13,693 bases of DNA, from assembly GCA_043804895.1 (NCBI GenBank), contig JAZDIN010000042.1, positions 1-13,693 of the forward strand, read 5' to 3'. This document shows, piece by piece, positions 1-7,752 of this stretch. Both the position numbers and the translations under genes were made by a program. Origin of the DNA: Candidatus Altiarchaeota archaeon (lineage in GTDB: Archaea; Altiarchaeota; Altiarchaeia; IMC4; SCGC-AAA252-I15). Position 1 is the stretch's first letter. The number at the start of each line of letters is the position of its first letter. The notes under the pieces are model-generated. The model did no database searches and was not told the DNA's origin. It was given only the letters and a program-made list of their open reading frames with translations.

Positions 1-323
1 GCTGAGCGGTTCAGTTGATCTCGTTTTTCCTTGCTTTCCTTGATGGCGCCGGAGAGGGACTTTATCTTCTCGTTGAACTTGCGGCGCTCCTCCTTCAATT
101 TAGCTATCTTCCCGTTTAGTTTGTCGCGCTTCTCCCTCAACTGCCTCGCCTCTTGGGAGAGTATCTTGCACTCCTCGTTGCCGTTGTCCCTCAGCTGCCT
201 GAGAGAGGTTATGTCCTTCTGGTGGACCTTGATTTCGGACAGGACCTCGTTAATCTCCTTCTTCTTCTGTTCTACTTCGTTTCTCAGCTCGTTAAGCCTG
301 TCTTTCAGTTCATTCTCGTTCAT
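1..323 (-). CDS. Archaeal coiled-coil protein (COG1340-like); start present, 3' end runs off the window
   Basis: Not in the ORF track because there is no stop in the window. Hand translation from ATG at 323: MNENELKDRLNELRNEVEQKKKEINEVLSEIKVHQKDITSLRQLRDNGNEECKILSQEARQLREKRDKLNGKIAKLKEERRKFNEKIKSLSGAIKESKEKRDQLNRS. It has a heptad pattern and repeated (K/L)RDxxN units. ATGA overlap with the upstream gene stop (320-323). Confidence 0.8.
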   Translation of the reverse strand, partial: MNENELKDRLNELRNEVEQKKKEINEVLSEIKVHQKDITSLRQLRDNGNEECKILSQEARQLREKRDKLNGKIAKLKEERRKFNEKIKSLSGAIKESKEKRDQLNRS

Positions 324-649
324 GATTTAAGCTCACCAACACGTTGCAGCCAGTAGTCGCGGGCAGCCTTGTGCTCTGTTATCCTTTCCTTGACGCCTGC
401 ATAGTAGCTTTGGCTTTTTGGTTTGAATGTCTCCTTGAGGTGGCTCAGCTCCTTTTGTGTCTCCTCAAGTTCCTTATAGTATTTGCTCTTACCCCCGTTC
501 TCGTCAACCCAGTGTAGGAGCTGGTCTTTCTTCTCCTTGAGCATGGCTATCTGCTGCGTCTTCTCTATCTCGTCGCTGTATTCGCTTATAAGGCGGTCGT
601 GTTTTTCAACCAGCGCCTGCGCGAGTTTCTTGGGTGTGAAGTCGCCCAT
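320..649 (-). CDS. Hypothetical helical/coiled-coil protein, 109 aa
   Basis: E/K/Q-rich helical sequence. Translationally coupled (ATGA) to the downstream coiled-coil gene. TTTTTA box at 682-677, about 30 nt upstream of the ATG. Confidence 0.8.
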   Translation of the reverse strand: MGDFTPKKLAQALVEKHDRLISEYSDEIEKTQQIAMLKEKKDQLLHWVDENGGKSKYYKELEETQKELSHLKETFKPKSQSYYAGVKERITEHKAARDYWLQRVGELKS

Positions 650-685
650 GGTAGCATAAGATAAGAGAATTCCACATAAAAAGCT

Positions 686-1300
686 TTATTTGGCCCGTAT
701 TACGGCATATATCCGTTGTATTGAGGTTATGTTCGCAAGAACGGCGGTCAGTATTATGGAGTAGGTCAGCCAGAGGGGGTTGAATATGCCGAGGAACATG
801 CCAAAGTAGAGTAGCAGAAGCCTTTCGAATCTTTCAAGGATTCCTCCGATGTTCTTCAGCTTTTCAGGGCTTGTCACGACGTTCCTGTGGTCTGCGTAGG
901 CTGTTATGAACGATGGCATGAGCGCCCCGAAAAGGAGGAGGAACAGCCATAGGCCGTTTGGGAGTAGGAGTTGTGTGGTCTCCCCCAGATAGAACCACAG
1001 CCCCAGGTAGAGGGAGAATTCAACATAACGGTCGATGACGCCGTCAAGGAACGCCCCCAGGTTTGAGACGCTCTTCGTGACCCGAGCGACGTTACCGTCT
1101 ATTATGTCCATGAACGCGCTTGTAACAAAGAGTATGAGTCCTGGAAGGAGCATGTGATTGTAGAGGGAGATGAAACCAAAGACTGCGGGCGCGAGTGAAA
1201 GCCACGTCCAGGCGTTGGGTGATAGGCCGAGTTTGGAGAACATGATGCCTATTCGCACGTGTGTGCCTTCCATCCTCTCCCTGAACCTTGATTTGAGCAT
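686..1300 (-). CDS. CDP-alcohol phosphatidyltransferase, probably archaetidylinositol-phosphate synthase
   Basis: Complete family signature DIIDGNVARVTKSVSNLGAFLDGVIDR (DxxDGxxAR...GxxxDxxxD), an N-terminal SPNAWT motif, a GILERFER motif and several TM segments. Last gene of the ino1 operon. Confidence 0.9.
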   Translation of the reverse strand: MLKSRFRERMEGTHVRIGIMFSKLGLSPNAWTWLSLAPAVFGFISLYNHMLLPGLILFVTSAFMDIIDGNVARVTKSVSNLGAFLDGVIDRYVEFSLYLGLWFYLGETTQLLLPNGLWLFLLLFGALMPSFITAYADHRNVVTSPEKLKNIGGILERFERLLLLYFGMFLGIFNPLWLTYSIILTAVLANITSIQRIYAVIRAK

Positions 1301-1304
1301 CTTA

Positions 1305-1748
1305 TCACCCGCTAACCAATATTCCGCCTACGACGATTAATACCGCGCCTACCATGACCCTTGCCATCGCGGTCCTGTCAGGCAGCTCCTTTAGGAGGAT
1401 TATTCCCCCAAGAACCACCAGTAGGGTGTTCATGTTGTAGATTGGAGCCATCCTCGACACATCAGCGCCCTTTATGAGTCCGTAGTATACCAGTATCGAC
1501 CCGAGAGCCCAGAAGAAGCCGACTGCTATCCCTGCTGCTGCATTTGTTACCGTGAGTTGTGGGATTTTAGGTCCTGCGAGGATTAGGTAGAATGATGTGA
1601 AGCCGACTATGACTCCGACCATCACGAGGAGGGCTGCCGTTGGGCCGTCAAGCCCGAGGTATCTCTTGTCCAAGACTACCTTCGCCATCAACCCGGATAT
1701 TGAGTATGAGAACGCTGCAGCCAACCCTAGAGCCAACCAATCTTCCAT
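1305..1748 (-). CDS. EamA/DMT-superfamily small membrane transporter (single repeat, about 5 TM)
   Basis: Highly hydrophobic. The C-terminal pattern YYGLIKGADVSRMAPIYNMNTLLVVLGGIILLKE...VGAVLIVVGGILVS is typical of EamA. TAATG overlap with ino1 at 1748 and a 4-nt gap to the next gene. Confidence 0.88.
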   Translation of the reverse strand: MEDWLALGLAAAFSYSISGLMAKVVLDKRYLGLDGPTAALLVMVGVIVGFTSFYLILAGPKIPQLTVTNAAAGIAVGFFWALGSILVYYGLIKGADVSRMAPIYNMNTLLVVLGGIILLKELPDRTAMARVMVGAVLIVVGGILVSG

Positions 1749-2839
1749 TATCTTTCCCGTTCGCCATTGATGTATTCGTCTACCATTTCCCTGGCGACCG
1801 TGTCCGTGTACTGTATCATGGGGCTTTTCATGAAGTATGAGGATGCGCTGGTGAGCGCGCCGCCGACTTTTCGGTCTAGGCCGATTTTCGCGCAGCGGAT
1901 GGCGTCAACCATCACGCCCGCGCTGTTAGGGGAGTCCTCGACGTCAAGCCTCAGCTCAAGGCTGAGGGGGACGTCGCCAAACTTGCGTCCTTCCATCCTG
2001 ATGAAGCAAAGTTTCTTGTCGTGCAGCCATGGCACGTAGTCTGATGGCCCGATGTGTATGTCCTCTGGCGGAAGCTGTGTGGGCAGCTGGCTTTGGACGC
2101 TCTGCGTCTTCGATATCTTCTTGCTTTTGAGTCGAGTCCTCTCGAGCATGTTCAGGAAGTCTGTGTTTCCTCCAACATTCAGCTGGTATGTGTGGTCGAG
2201 TTTGACGCCTCGGTCGACGAAAAGGCGGGTGAGGGTGCGGTGGACTATCGTCGCACCGACCTGGCTTTTTATGTCATCTCCGATGCACGGCAGCCCTGCT
2301 GCCTTGAACTTGTCGCTCCCTTCTTTTTCCGAGCAGATAAACACTGGCATCGCGTTGATGAACGCGACTCCTGCTTTGATGCACTCGTCTGCGTAGAACC
2401 TCGCAGCCTGCTCGGAGCCGACTGGGAGGTAACAGATTGCGACCTCGGCTTCGCTTCTTTTCAGCTCGTTTGCGACGTCAACCGGCTTCTGCTTCGCATC
2501 GACTGTGAATTTGTCGCGGGTCGTGTCTCCGACTCCGTCAAGGACCGGGCCCTTCTTCACTTCCACGTTCCAGTGGGGGACGTCGCTGAATTTTACTGTG
2601 CAGTTCGGGTCTGAGAATATCGCCTCTGAGAGGTCTTTGCCTATTTTTTTGCTGTCGACGTCGAATGCGCAGACGAACTTTATGTCCTTTATCATGTAGC
2701 CTCCGAGCGCGTTGTGCATGAGGCCTGGGATTAGGGGGTCTTCTGGCTTTACGTTCTTGTAGTATTCGACTCCCTGCACTAGGGAGCTTGCGCAGTTGCC
2801 TACGCCTATTATTGCGAGCCTTATTTCTTTGCCAACCAT
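1748..2839 (-). CDS. ino1: myo-inositol-1-phosphate synthase
   Basis: Rossmann [51 protein letters not shown] and EDSPNSAG motifs; 363 aa. Confidence 0.97.
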   Translation of the reverse strand: MVGKEIRLAIIGVGNCASSLVQGVEYYKNVKPEDPLIPGLMHNALGGYMIKDIKFVCAFDVDSKKIGKDLSEAIFSDPNCTVKFSDVPHWNVEVKKGPVLDGVGDTTRDKFTVDAKQKPVDVANELKRSEAEVAICYLPVGSEQAARFYADECIKAGVAFINAMPVFICSEKEGSDKFKAAGLPCIGDDIKSQVGATIVHRTLTRLFVDRGVKLDHTYQLNVGGNTDFLNMLERTRLKSKKISKTQSVQSQLPTQLPPEDIHIGPSDYVPWLHDKKLCFIRMEGRKFGDVPLSLELRLDVEDSPNSAGVMVDAIRCAKIGLDRKVGGALTSASSYFMKSPMIQYTDTVAREMVDEYINGERER

Positions 2840-2840
2840 G

Positions 2841-2875
2841 GTAGTATATATATTACATTGCCTATAAATATTTTA
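2841..2875. promoter_or_regulatory. Overlapping divergent ino1/padR promoters with a palindromic candidate operator
   Basis: The intergenic gap is 48 bp. Minus-strand TTTATA (2868-2863) follows a purine-rich BRE-like run and lies 24-29 nt upstream of the ino1 ATG. The same AT box reads TATAAATA on the plus strand. GTAGTATATATATTAC (2841-2856) is a palindrome with 7/8 matched pairs. Confidence 0.6.
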
Positions 2876-2887
2876 CGGTTGTGAAAT

Positions 2888-3214
2888 ATGACTGAGGAAA
2901 GGCTCATAAAACGGCTTAAAACCAAGACTACGACAGAATGCCTGTGGCCGTACATACTCGCACTACTGAAAGAGAAGCCAGTGTACGCATATGAGATAAG
3001 GCAGATGCTGGAGGAGAAATTCGGCTTCGAAGTCGGACAAGTGACTTCCTACATGGTGCTTTACAAGCTCGAAACCGACGGATACGTGAAGACAGAGTGG
3101 AGGAACGTCGAGAACAGACAGAGGAAGTATTACACGATAACAGACGGGGGAACGAAGGCACTGAACGAATCTGTGAGATACTTCCAAGAAACATTGGCCA
3201 GATTAAACTGTTGA
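2888..3214 (+). CDS. PadR-family transcriptional regulator
   Basis: ILALLKEKPVYAYEI...YMVLYKLETDGYV...RQRKYYTITDGG matches the PadR wHTH pattern; 108 aa, short subfamily. Confidence 0.93.
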   Translation: MTEERLIKRLKTKTTTECLWPYILALLKEKPVYAYEIRQMLEEKFGFEVGQVTSYMVLYKLETDGYVKTEWRNVENRQRKYYTITDGGTKALNESVRYFQETLARLNC

Positions 3215-3379
3215 TACTACCGGCTTAACTGCAGTCACAACCTCAGGCACGACGATTAAGTTGTAGCCGAACGCCCACCACAGCACAAGAACCAAAACTA
3301 TCGCAAACAAAGCCAACGCTATGACAAGAGCCTCCCATAACGGAATCACCTTATCAATCGATTTTAGTAGGTTCCACAT
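3203..3379 (-). CDS. Small single-pass membrane protein, 58 aa (not in the ORF track)
   Basis: MWNLLKSIDKVIPLWEALVIALALFAIVLVLVLWWAFGYNLIVVPEVVTAVKPVVSTV*. It fills the padR-pgk gap and has a TTTAA box at 3409-3405, 26-30 nt upstream of the ATG. Confidence 0.65.
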   Translation of the reverse strand: MWNLLKSIDKVIPLWEALVIALALFAIVLVLVLWWAFGYNLIVVPEVVTAVKPVVSTV

Positions 3380-3413
3380 AGCCTAAACTTATACTCCCTG
3401 AACCTTAAATATA

Positions 3414-4634
3414 TCACTTCCTGCACGAAGCCCTCAACGCCTCTATGGCCGGCATCTTAACGCCTGCGAGGTAGTCTATGGAGGCCTTTCCGCCTGTTGA
3501 GACGTGGGTTATCTTGTCTTCGACGTTCAGGTTCCTTGCAGCAGCAACAGTATCCCCTCCGCCGATGACTGAGAAGCACTTAGCCGAAGCAATCGCCTTG
3601 ATTATCTCCTCAGTCCCGTAAGCGAACGCGGGGGTTTCGTATATGCCGAGCGCACCATTGAAGAATACCGTCCCAGCTGACTTCACCTCGCTGATGTATC
3701 TTCCGACAGTGGACTTCCCGACGTCGACTATCCTGTAGTCCTGCGGCAGCTGAGACAAGGATATCTCGACACGCTCTCCGCCTTTGTCTATAGCAACATC
3801 AGCTGGCATCTCTATCCTATCAGGGTACTGGTCAAGAATCTGTTTCGCGACTTCAATCTGGTCCACCAGCTTCTTACCCCTGATGAACTCAATGGAAGGC
3901 TCGCCAAGCCGGTAATCCTTCGCAGCCAAGAAGACATTAGCCAGGACCCCGCCAGTGAGAATTTTGTCTACACCACCTGCCAGCGCCTTCTTGATTATGT
4001 TCATCGAATCCTTCACCTTAGCGCCGCCTAGGATGAAAACCAGCGGCTTTTGAGGGTTCTTGAGTACGTCGCCAAGAGCCCTAATCTCCTTCTCCATAAG
4101 CCTGCCTGCAGCTGAGGGGATAAGCTGTGTGAAACCAACGACTGATACATGGCTCCTGTGCGCAGTCCCGAACGCGTCATTGACGAAATAATTAGCTAAT
4201 GGGGCGAGGTTCCTGACAAGGAACGTCGTAGCCTGCACGTCGGCTGGACGGTCCAGCGCTTCCTCAGAGTAAATCCTAACGTTATCCAATAGGATAATCT
4301 CCCCGTCGCGCATGTTCTTTATCGCAGTCCTCGCAGTCGGACCGAATATATCCTCAACATATGTGACCTTAATTCCTAGCAACTTGCCCAAATGTTTAGC
4401 ATGCTTCTCCAAAGTAGTGAAATCAGGCTCCCCAGCCCTCCCCTGATGAGCCAAGCAAACCACACGGGCCTTCTTATCGGAAAGCTCCTGTATCGTCGGC
4501 AGGTGGGAGCGCATCCTACGGTCCTCAAGGAATTCCCCGGTCTTCGGGTCGATTGGCGTGTTCAAATCCAGCCTCAACATAACAGTCTTCCCAGCGAAAT
4601 TGTAGTCGTCCAAAGTAGCTATACCATCAATCAT
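3414..4634 (-). CDS. pgk: Phosphoglycerate kinase (archaeal type)
   Basis: RLDLNTP, AHQGR, FVNDAFGTAHRSH, LGGAKVKD, GGGDT and HVSTGGKA motifs. ATG at 4634 is preferred over GTG at 4643 because an SD-like GGGTG precedes it. Confidence 0.97.
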   Translation of the reverse strand: MIDGIATLDDYNFAGKTVMLRLDLNTPIDPKTGEFLEDRRMRSHLPTIQELSDKKARVVCLAHQGRAGEPDFTTLEKHAKHLGKLLGIKVTYVEDIFGPTARTAIKNMRDGEIILLDNVRIYSEEALDRPADVQATTFLVRNLAPLANYFVNDAFGTAHRSHVSVVGFTQLIPSAAGRLMEKEIRALGDVLKNPQKPLVFILGGAKVKDSMNIIKKALAGGVDKILTGGVLANVFLAAKDYRLGEPSIEFIRGKKLVDQIEVAKQILDQYPDRIEMPADVAIDKGGERVEISLSQLPQDYRIVDVGKSTVGRYISEVKSAGTVFFNGALGIYETPAFAYGTEEIIKAIASAKCFSVIGGGDTVAAARNLNVEDKITHVSTGGKASIDYLAGVKMPAIEALRASCRK

Positions 4635-4689
4635 TGCAAACACCCATAGAACTTACGTTGGGAAGTTAAAAATACAGACTGAACCAGCC

Positions 4690-4704
4690 CTAGGATTCTC
4701 CTAG
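4690..4704. repeat. Short perfect hairpin CTAGGA-ttc-TCCTAG overlapping the stop of the hppA remnant
   Basis: 6-bp stem with a 3-nt loop. A T-run follows about 20 nt later on the minus strand. Function unknown. Confidence 0.4.
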
Positions 4705-4781
4705 ATGAAGAATGGGGCCAGTACTAGGGTTAGTGTGCTCAGGAGTTTTATGAGCACGTGCAGTGAGGGGCCTGCGGTGTC
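4701..4781 (-). pseudogene. hppA: 3'-terminal fragment of a membrane-bound H+/Na+-translocating pyrophosphatase gene
   Basis: The minus strand translates to DTAGPSLHVLIKLLSTLTLVLAPFFI*. This matches the conserved end of mPPases (GDPxKDTAGPSxxxLIK plus the last TM helix) and stops at the expected place. No other hppA sequence is in the window. Confidence 0.85.
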
Positions 4782-4802
4782 TTCAGAAGGAGTTGGCCCA
4801 CG

Positions 4803-5627
4803 TCACTTTTCGCCAGGTTTTTTTGAGAGGATTCCGCGCAAAATCCCGCCAGGGTCTTTCATGTCGTCAAGGTCTTTGAGTAACATTTTCAATGTCTGAT
4901 CGCCATAAATGGCAAGTGGTTCTTCTGCCAGTGGGGGTGAGGTTTCATTGGATATTGAGTGGAGGAGTCTGGCGGCACGCTGTCTACCCTCGGGTTGAAT
5001 GCCGACATCGAGTACCCTGTTAGCGAGCAGGAAGATGTGACTCTTGTCTATATCATGTGGATTTTTTTGAAATATTTCGTCTATGGCGCTTGTCGGCATC
5101 GGCCCTTTGGTTTCTCTGGGTGCGTTGAAGCCTGACCATATGTGTGCTTCGCTAATCGCATACCAGAGGACGTACTCCACTGTGGCCGGCCCGGACGGTG
5201 AGAAGAAATCCTCCACCGTCTCCCCGTATATCGGTATTATGGCCCCGAATCTATCAGGGCTGTATATGCCCTTCCTCTCCATTGGCGTTCGAGGGTCAGG
5301 CCTCGGGAAGTCATAGAGGTCGTTGAGTGTCTTGGTGAGGTGTCCTCTCACGCTCATATCCATCAACGGTATCTCCATGGCGGCTTGACAAAACAGAACT
5401 GCTGCGTCCTTCCGGTCGTCGTCTGGGATTCGGGAGTTGAGGAAAACGGATGCTAGATCATCAACATTTCCTTTTGTGAAATCCCGAGGTCTCGTGGTGA
5501 GTATAGTATCTGTATTATCAAGGATTTGGCGCGGAGTGAGTGGTATGAGTCTATCGCCTTCAATCCCGTCAACCAACTTTCTTAGATAATCATCCCATTT
5601 ATCGGGTTTTTCCTTATTCCCGCTCAT
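4803..5627 (-). CDS. Hypothetical 274-aa protein with an internal duplicated helical module
   Basis: Long ORF with TTTTAA at 5656-5651, 24-29 nt upstream of the ATG. No family recognised. aa 39-79 and aa 182-222 align without gaps. Confidence 0.75.
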   Translation of the reverse strand: MSGNKEKPDKWDDYLRKLVDGIEGDRLIPLTPRQILDNTDTILTTRPRDFTKGNVDDLASVFLNSRIPDDDRKDAAVLFCQAAMEIPLMDMSVRGHLTKTLNDLYDFPRPDPRTPMERKGIYSPDRFGAIIPIYGETVEDFFSPSGPATVEYVLWYAISEAHIWSGFNAPRETKGPMPTSAIDEIFQKNPHDIDKSHIFLLANRVLDVGIQPEGRQRAARLLHSISNETSPPLAEEPLAIYGDQTLKMLLKDLDDMKDPGGILRGILSKKPGEK

Positions 5628-5700
5628 ACTAAATATCGTGCATTATTAGATTAAAAGCTGGCGTCTCCGTTTTTTTCCTCTGATGTGATAGTTTACCTGT

Positions 5701-7752
5701 ATGCTGGTGAAGGACCTTACTGTTGGTGTCGAGTTCAAGGAGCTTCTCGAATCCGCTGGAGTCATGGAACTTTATCCTCCTCAGGAGTTGGCTGTGAAGG
5801 GAGGAGTCATGGAGGGCAAGAACATCATACTGTGCACTCCGACTGCAAGCGGTAAGACGATTGCAGCAGAATTGGGGATGATGAAGGCCATCGAGTCAGG
5901 GAGGAAGGCCATCTATATCGTCCCCCTGAGGGCTCTCGCTTACGAGAAGTACGGTGAATTCAGGAAGTATGAGAAGTTAGGTTACAAAGTGAAGTTGGAG
6001 GTCGGCGACCTTGACGCGAGCAGATACAAGAGGCGACCTGAATTCGACATAATGGTGGCGACTGCTGAGAAATGCGACTCCATACTTCGGAGCAAACCGG
6101 AGTGGTTCAAGGGCACCGGAATCATCGTGTTGGATGAGATACACCTCATAGCATCAGATAGGGGGCCGGTTTATGAGATACTGTCAGCGAAGTTCCGCAA
6201 CATCTACCCCGACGTTCAGGTCCTCGGCTTAAGTGCTACAATCGGTAACGCGGACGAGCTTGCGGAATGGCTTGGCGCTGAACTTGTGACATCAGAGTGG
6301 AGGCCTGTTAAGTTGAAGGAGGAGGTAGCAGTCAAAGGAGACGAGGACCTCACTGATGTTGTGAGACGGAGTCTCAAGGGCGGACAGGTGATGGTGTTCG
6401 TGATGAGCAGGAAAAGCGCGGAGGCCGTGGCAGAGAAGCTGGCGTCGGATTTGAAGCTGGGGGTAGACAATGAGAAGTTAGCGGAGGAGGTGGAGGACGT
6501 CATCAACCCGCCGACGAGGCAGTGCCTGCGGCTTGGGTTGTGCGTGAGAGGCGGGACAGCATTCCACCACGCTGGGCTTGTGAACGAGCAGCGCGTCGCA
6601 GTGGAGGAGGCTTTCAAGAGGGGAGAGCTTAAGGTTATTGCTGCGACGCCGACTTTAGCTGCTGGTGTGAACCTCCCGTCAAGGACTGTGGTCATCAGGG
6701 ACGTGAGAAGGTACGAGGATGAGGGTTTGAGTTACATCGACGTCCTAGAGTACAAGCAGATGGCAGGCAGGGCCGGCAGGCCGAGGTATGATGATAGGGG
6801 CTATGCGATTACGCTCGCGAAGGATGACTGCGAGGCTGATTACATCATCGAACATTACATCAACGGGGAGGTTGAGGACATTTACAGCCAGCTTGGAGTC
6901 CATCCTGTCCTCAGGTTCCACACGCTCGCTTCAATTGCGTCCGGGTTCACGAAGACGCACGACGCCTTAGTGGAGTTCATGCGCAGCACGTTCTTCGGAC
7001 ACCAGTACGGGGTCAGGAAAGAACTGGAGGAACTTTTATTGAGGGTCACTGACGAGCTTGTCGAATGGGATTTCGTCAAGAGGGAGGGTAGGTTCATGCT
7101 AGCGACTGAACTTGGCTCAAGGGTTAGCGAACTGTACATAGACCCCATGACAGCCCACAACTACATCACGATGTTCGCGAAAGCTGAGAAGGAAGGAAAG
7201 TTCGCGACAGTCGGCCTGCTTGAGGTTCTGTGCGATGCAGTTGAGATAAACAAGCTGCCGGTCCGTGGGAAGGAGGAGAGCACACTCTGGCAACAGGCAT
7301 ATAGTATGGAAGATTTGATGTTCAGGGACTTGACAGGCTTCGGCCTTGACTTCGACTTCCTGAACAGGTTCAAGACTTCGCTGATGTTCGAAGGCTGGAT
7401 TGCTGAGAAGAGTGAGGAGGATATACTGGAAGAGTACGGCGTCGCACCGGGGCAGCTTAACATGAGCAGGCAGAACCTCGAATGGTTGTGCTACGCGGCC
7501 GCTGAGTTGACGAGGATTATGAAACTCAAGAGAGCGCAGGTGCATTTGAAGAATCTTGAGACTAGAGTCAAATACGGAGTCAAAGAGGAGTTGGTACCGC
7601 TAGTCAGCATAAAAGGGATAGGCCGCGTGAGGGCTAGGAGGCTTTATAACGCAGGCATAAAGACTGTCCTACAGGTGAAGAGGGCGAAAGAGGAGGAACT
7701 CGGGATACTGATAGGGCAGAAGACTGCGCAGAAAGTCAAGGAAGGACTTTGA
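5701..7752 (+). CDS. hel308: Ski2-like SF2 DNA helicase Hel308/Hjm
   Basis: Q motif (LYPPQ), PTASGKT, DEIH, SAT, FHHAGL, TPTLAAGVNLP, QMAGRAGRP, a winged-helix region with LYIDP, and a C-terminal HhH GIGRVRARRLYNAG (RAR motif). Confidence 0.95.
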   Translation: MLVKDLTVGVEFKELLESAGVMELYPPQELAVKGGVMEGKNIILCTPTASGKTIAAELGMMKAIESGRKAIYIVPLRALAYEKYGEFRKYEKLGYKVKLEVGDLDASRYKRRPEFDIMVATAEKCDSILRSKPEWFKGTGIIVLDEIHLIASDRGPVYEILSAKFRNIYPDVQVLGLSATIGNADELAEWLGAELVTSEWRPVKLKEEVAVKGDEDLTDVVRRSLKGGQVMVFVMSRKSAEAVAEKLASDLKLGVDNEKLAEEVEDVINPPTRQCLRLGLCVRGGTAFHHAGLVNEQRVAVEEAFKRGELKVIAATPTLAAGVNLPSRTVVIRDVRRYEDEGLSYIDVLEYKQMAGRAGRPRYDDRGYAITLAKDDCEADYIIEHYINGEVEDIYSQLGVHPVLRFHTLASIASGFTKTHDALVEFMRSTFFGHQYGVRKELEELLLRVTDELVEWDFVKREGRFMLATELGSRVSELYIDPMTAHNYITMFAKAEKEGKFATVGLLEVLCDAVEINKLPVRGKEESTLWQQAYSMEDLMFRDLTGFGLDFDFLNRFKTSLMFEGWIAEKSEEDILEEYGVAPGQLNMSRQNLEWLCYAAAELTRIMKLKRAQVHLKNLETRVKYGVKEELVPLVSIKGIGRVRARRLYNAGIKTVLQVKRAKEEELGILIGQKTAQKVKEGL

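Noticed and set aside
31-356. Plus-strand ORFs 31..330 and 153..356
   Set aside because: S/F/L-rich antisense shadows of the E/K-rich coiled-coil gene.
686-1300. Di-myo-inositol-phosphate synthase (DIPPS) assignment
   Set aside because: No inositol-phosphate cytidylyltransferase domain or gene is in the operon, so AIP synthase is the simpler call. DIPPS is not strictly excluded.
1640-3194. Alternative ORFs overlapping ino1 and padR
   Set aside because: Antisense shadows of well-supported genes, with no recognisable motifs.
4627-4647. Mini upstream ORF MGVCND* overlapping the pgk start
   Set aside because: Six codons, expected by chance. The sequence is explained by the SD-like GGGTG and the pgk start.
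4713-4800. Cloverleaf-like set of hairpins (GGGCCA/TGGCCC, GTGCTCA/TGAGCAC, GCAG/CTGC) suggesting a tRNA or ribozyme
   Set aside because: No T-loop TTCRA, D-loop or anticodon geometry. CTGAAGA lacks the GAAA partner of a hammerhead. The hppA coding remnant explains the sequence better.
4803-4805. TGA read as selenocysteine
   Set aside because: The context (PGEK-stop-RGPT) is not a redox or Cys-equivalent motif, and I could not identify an archaeal SECIS.
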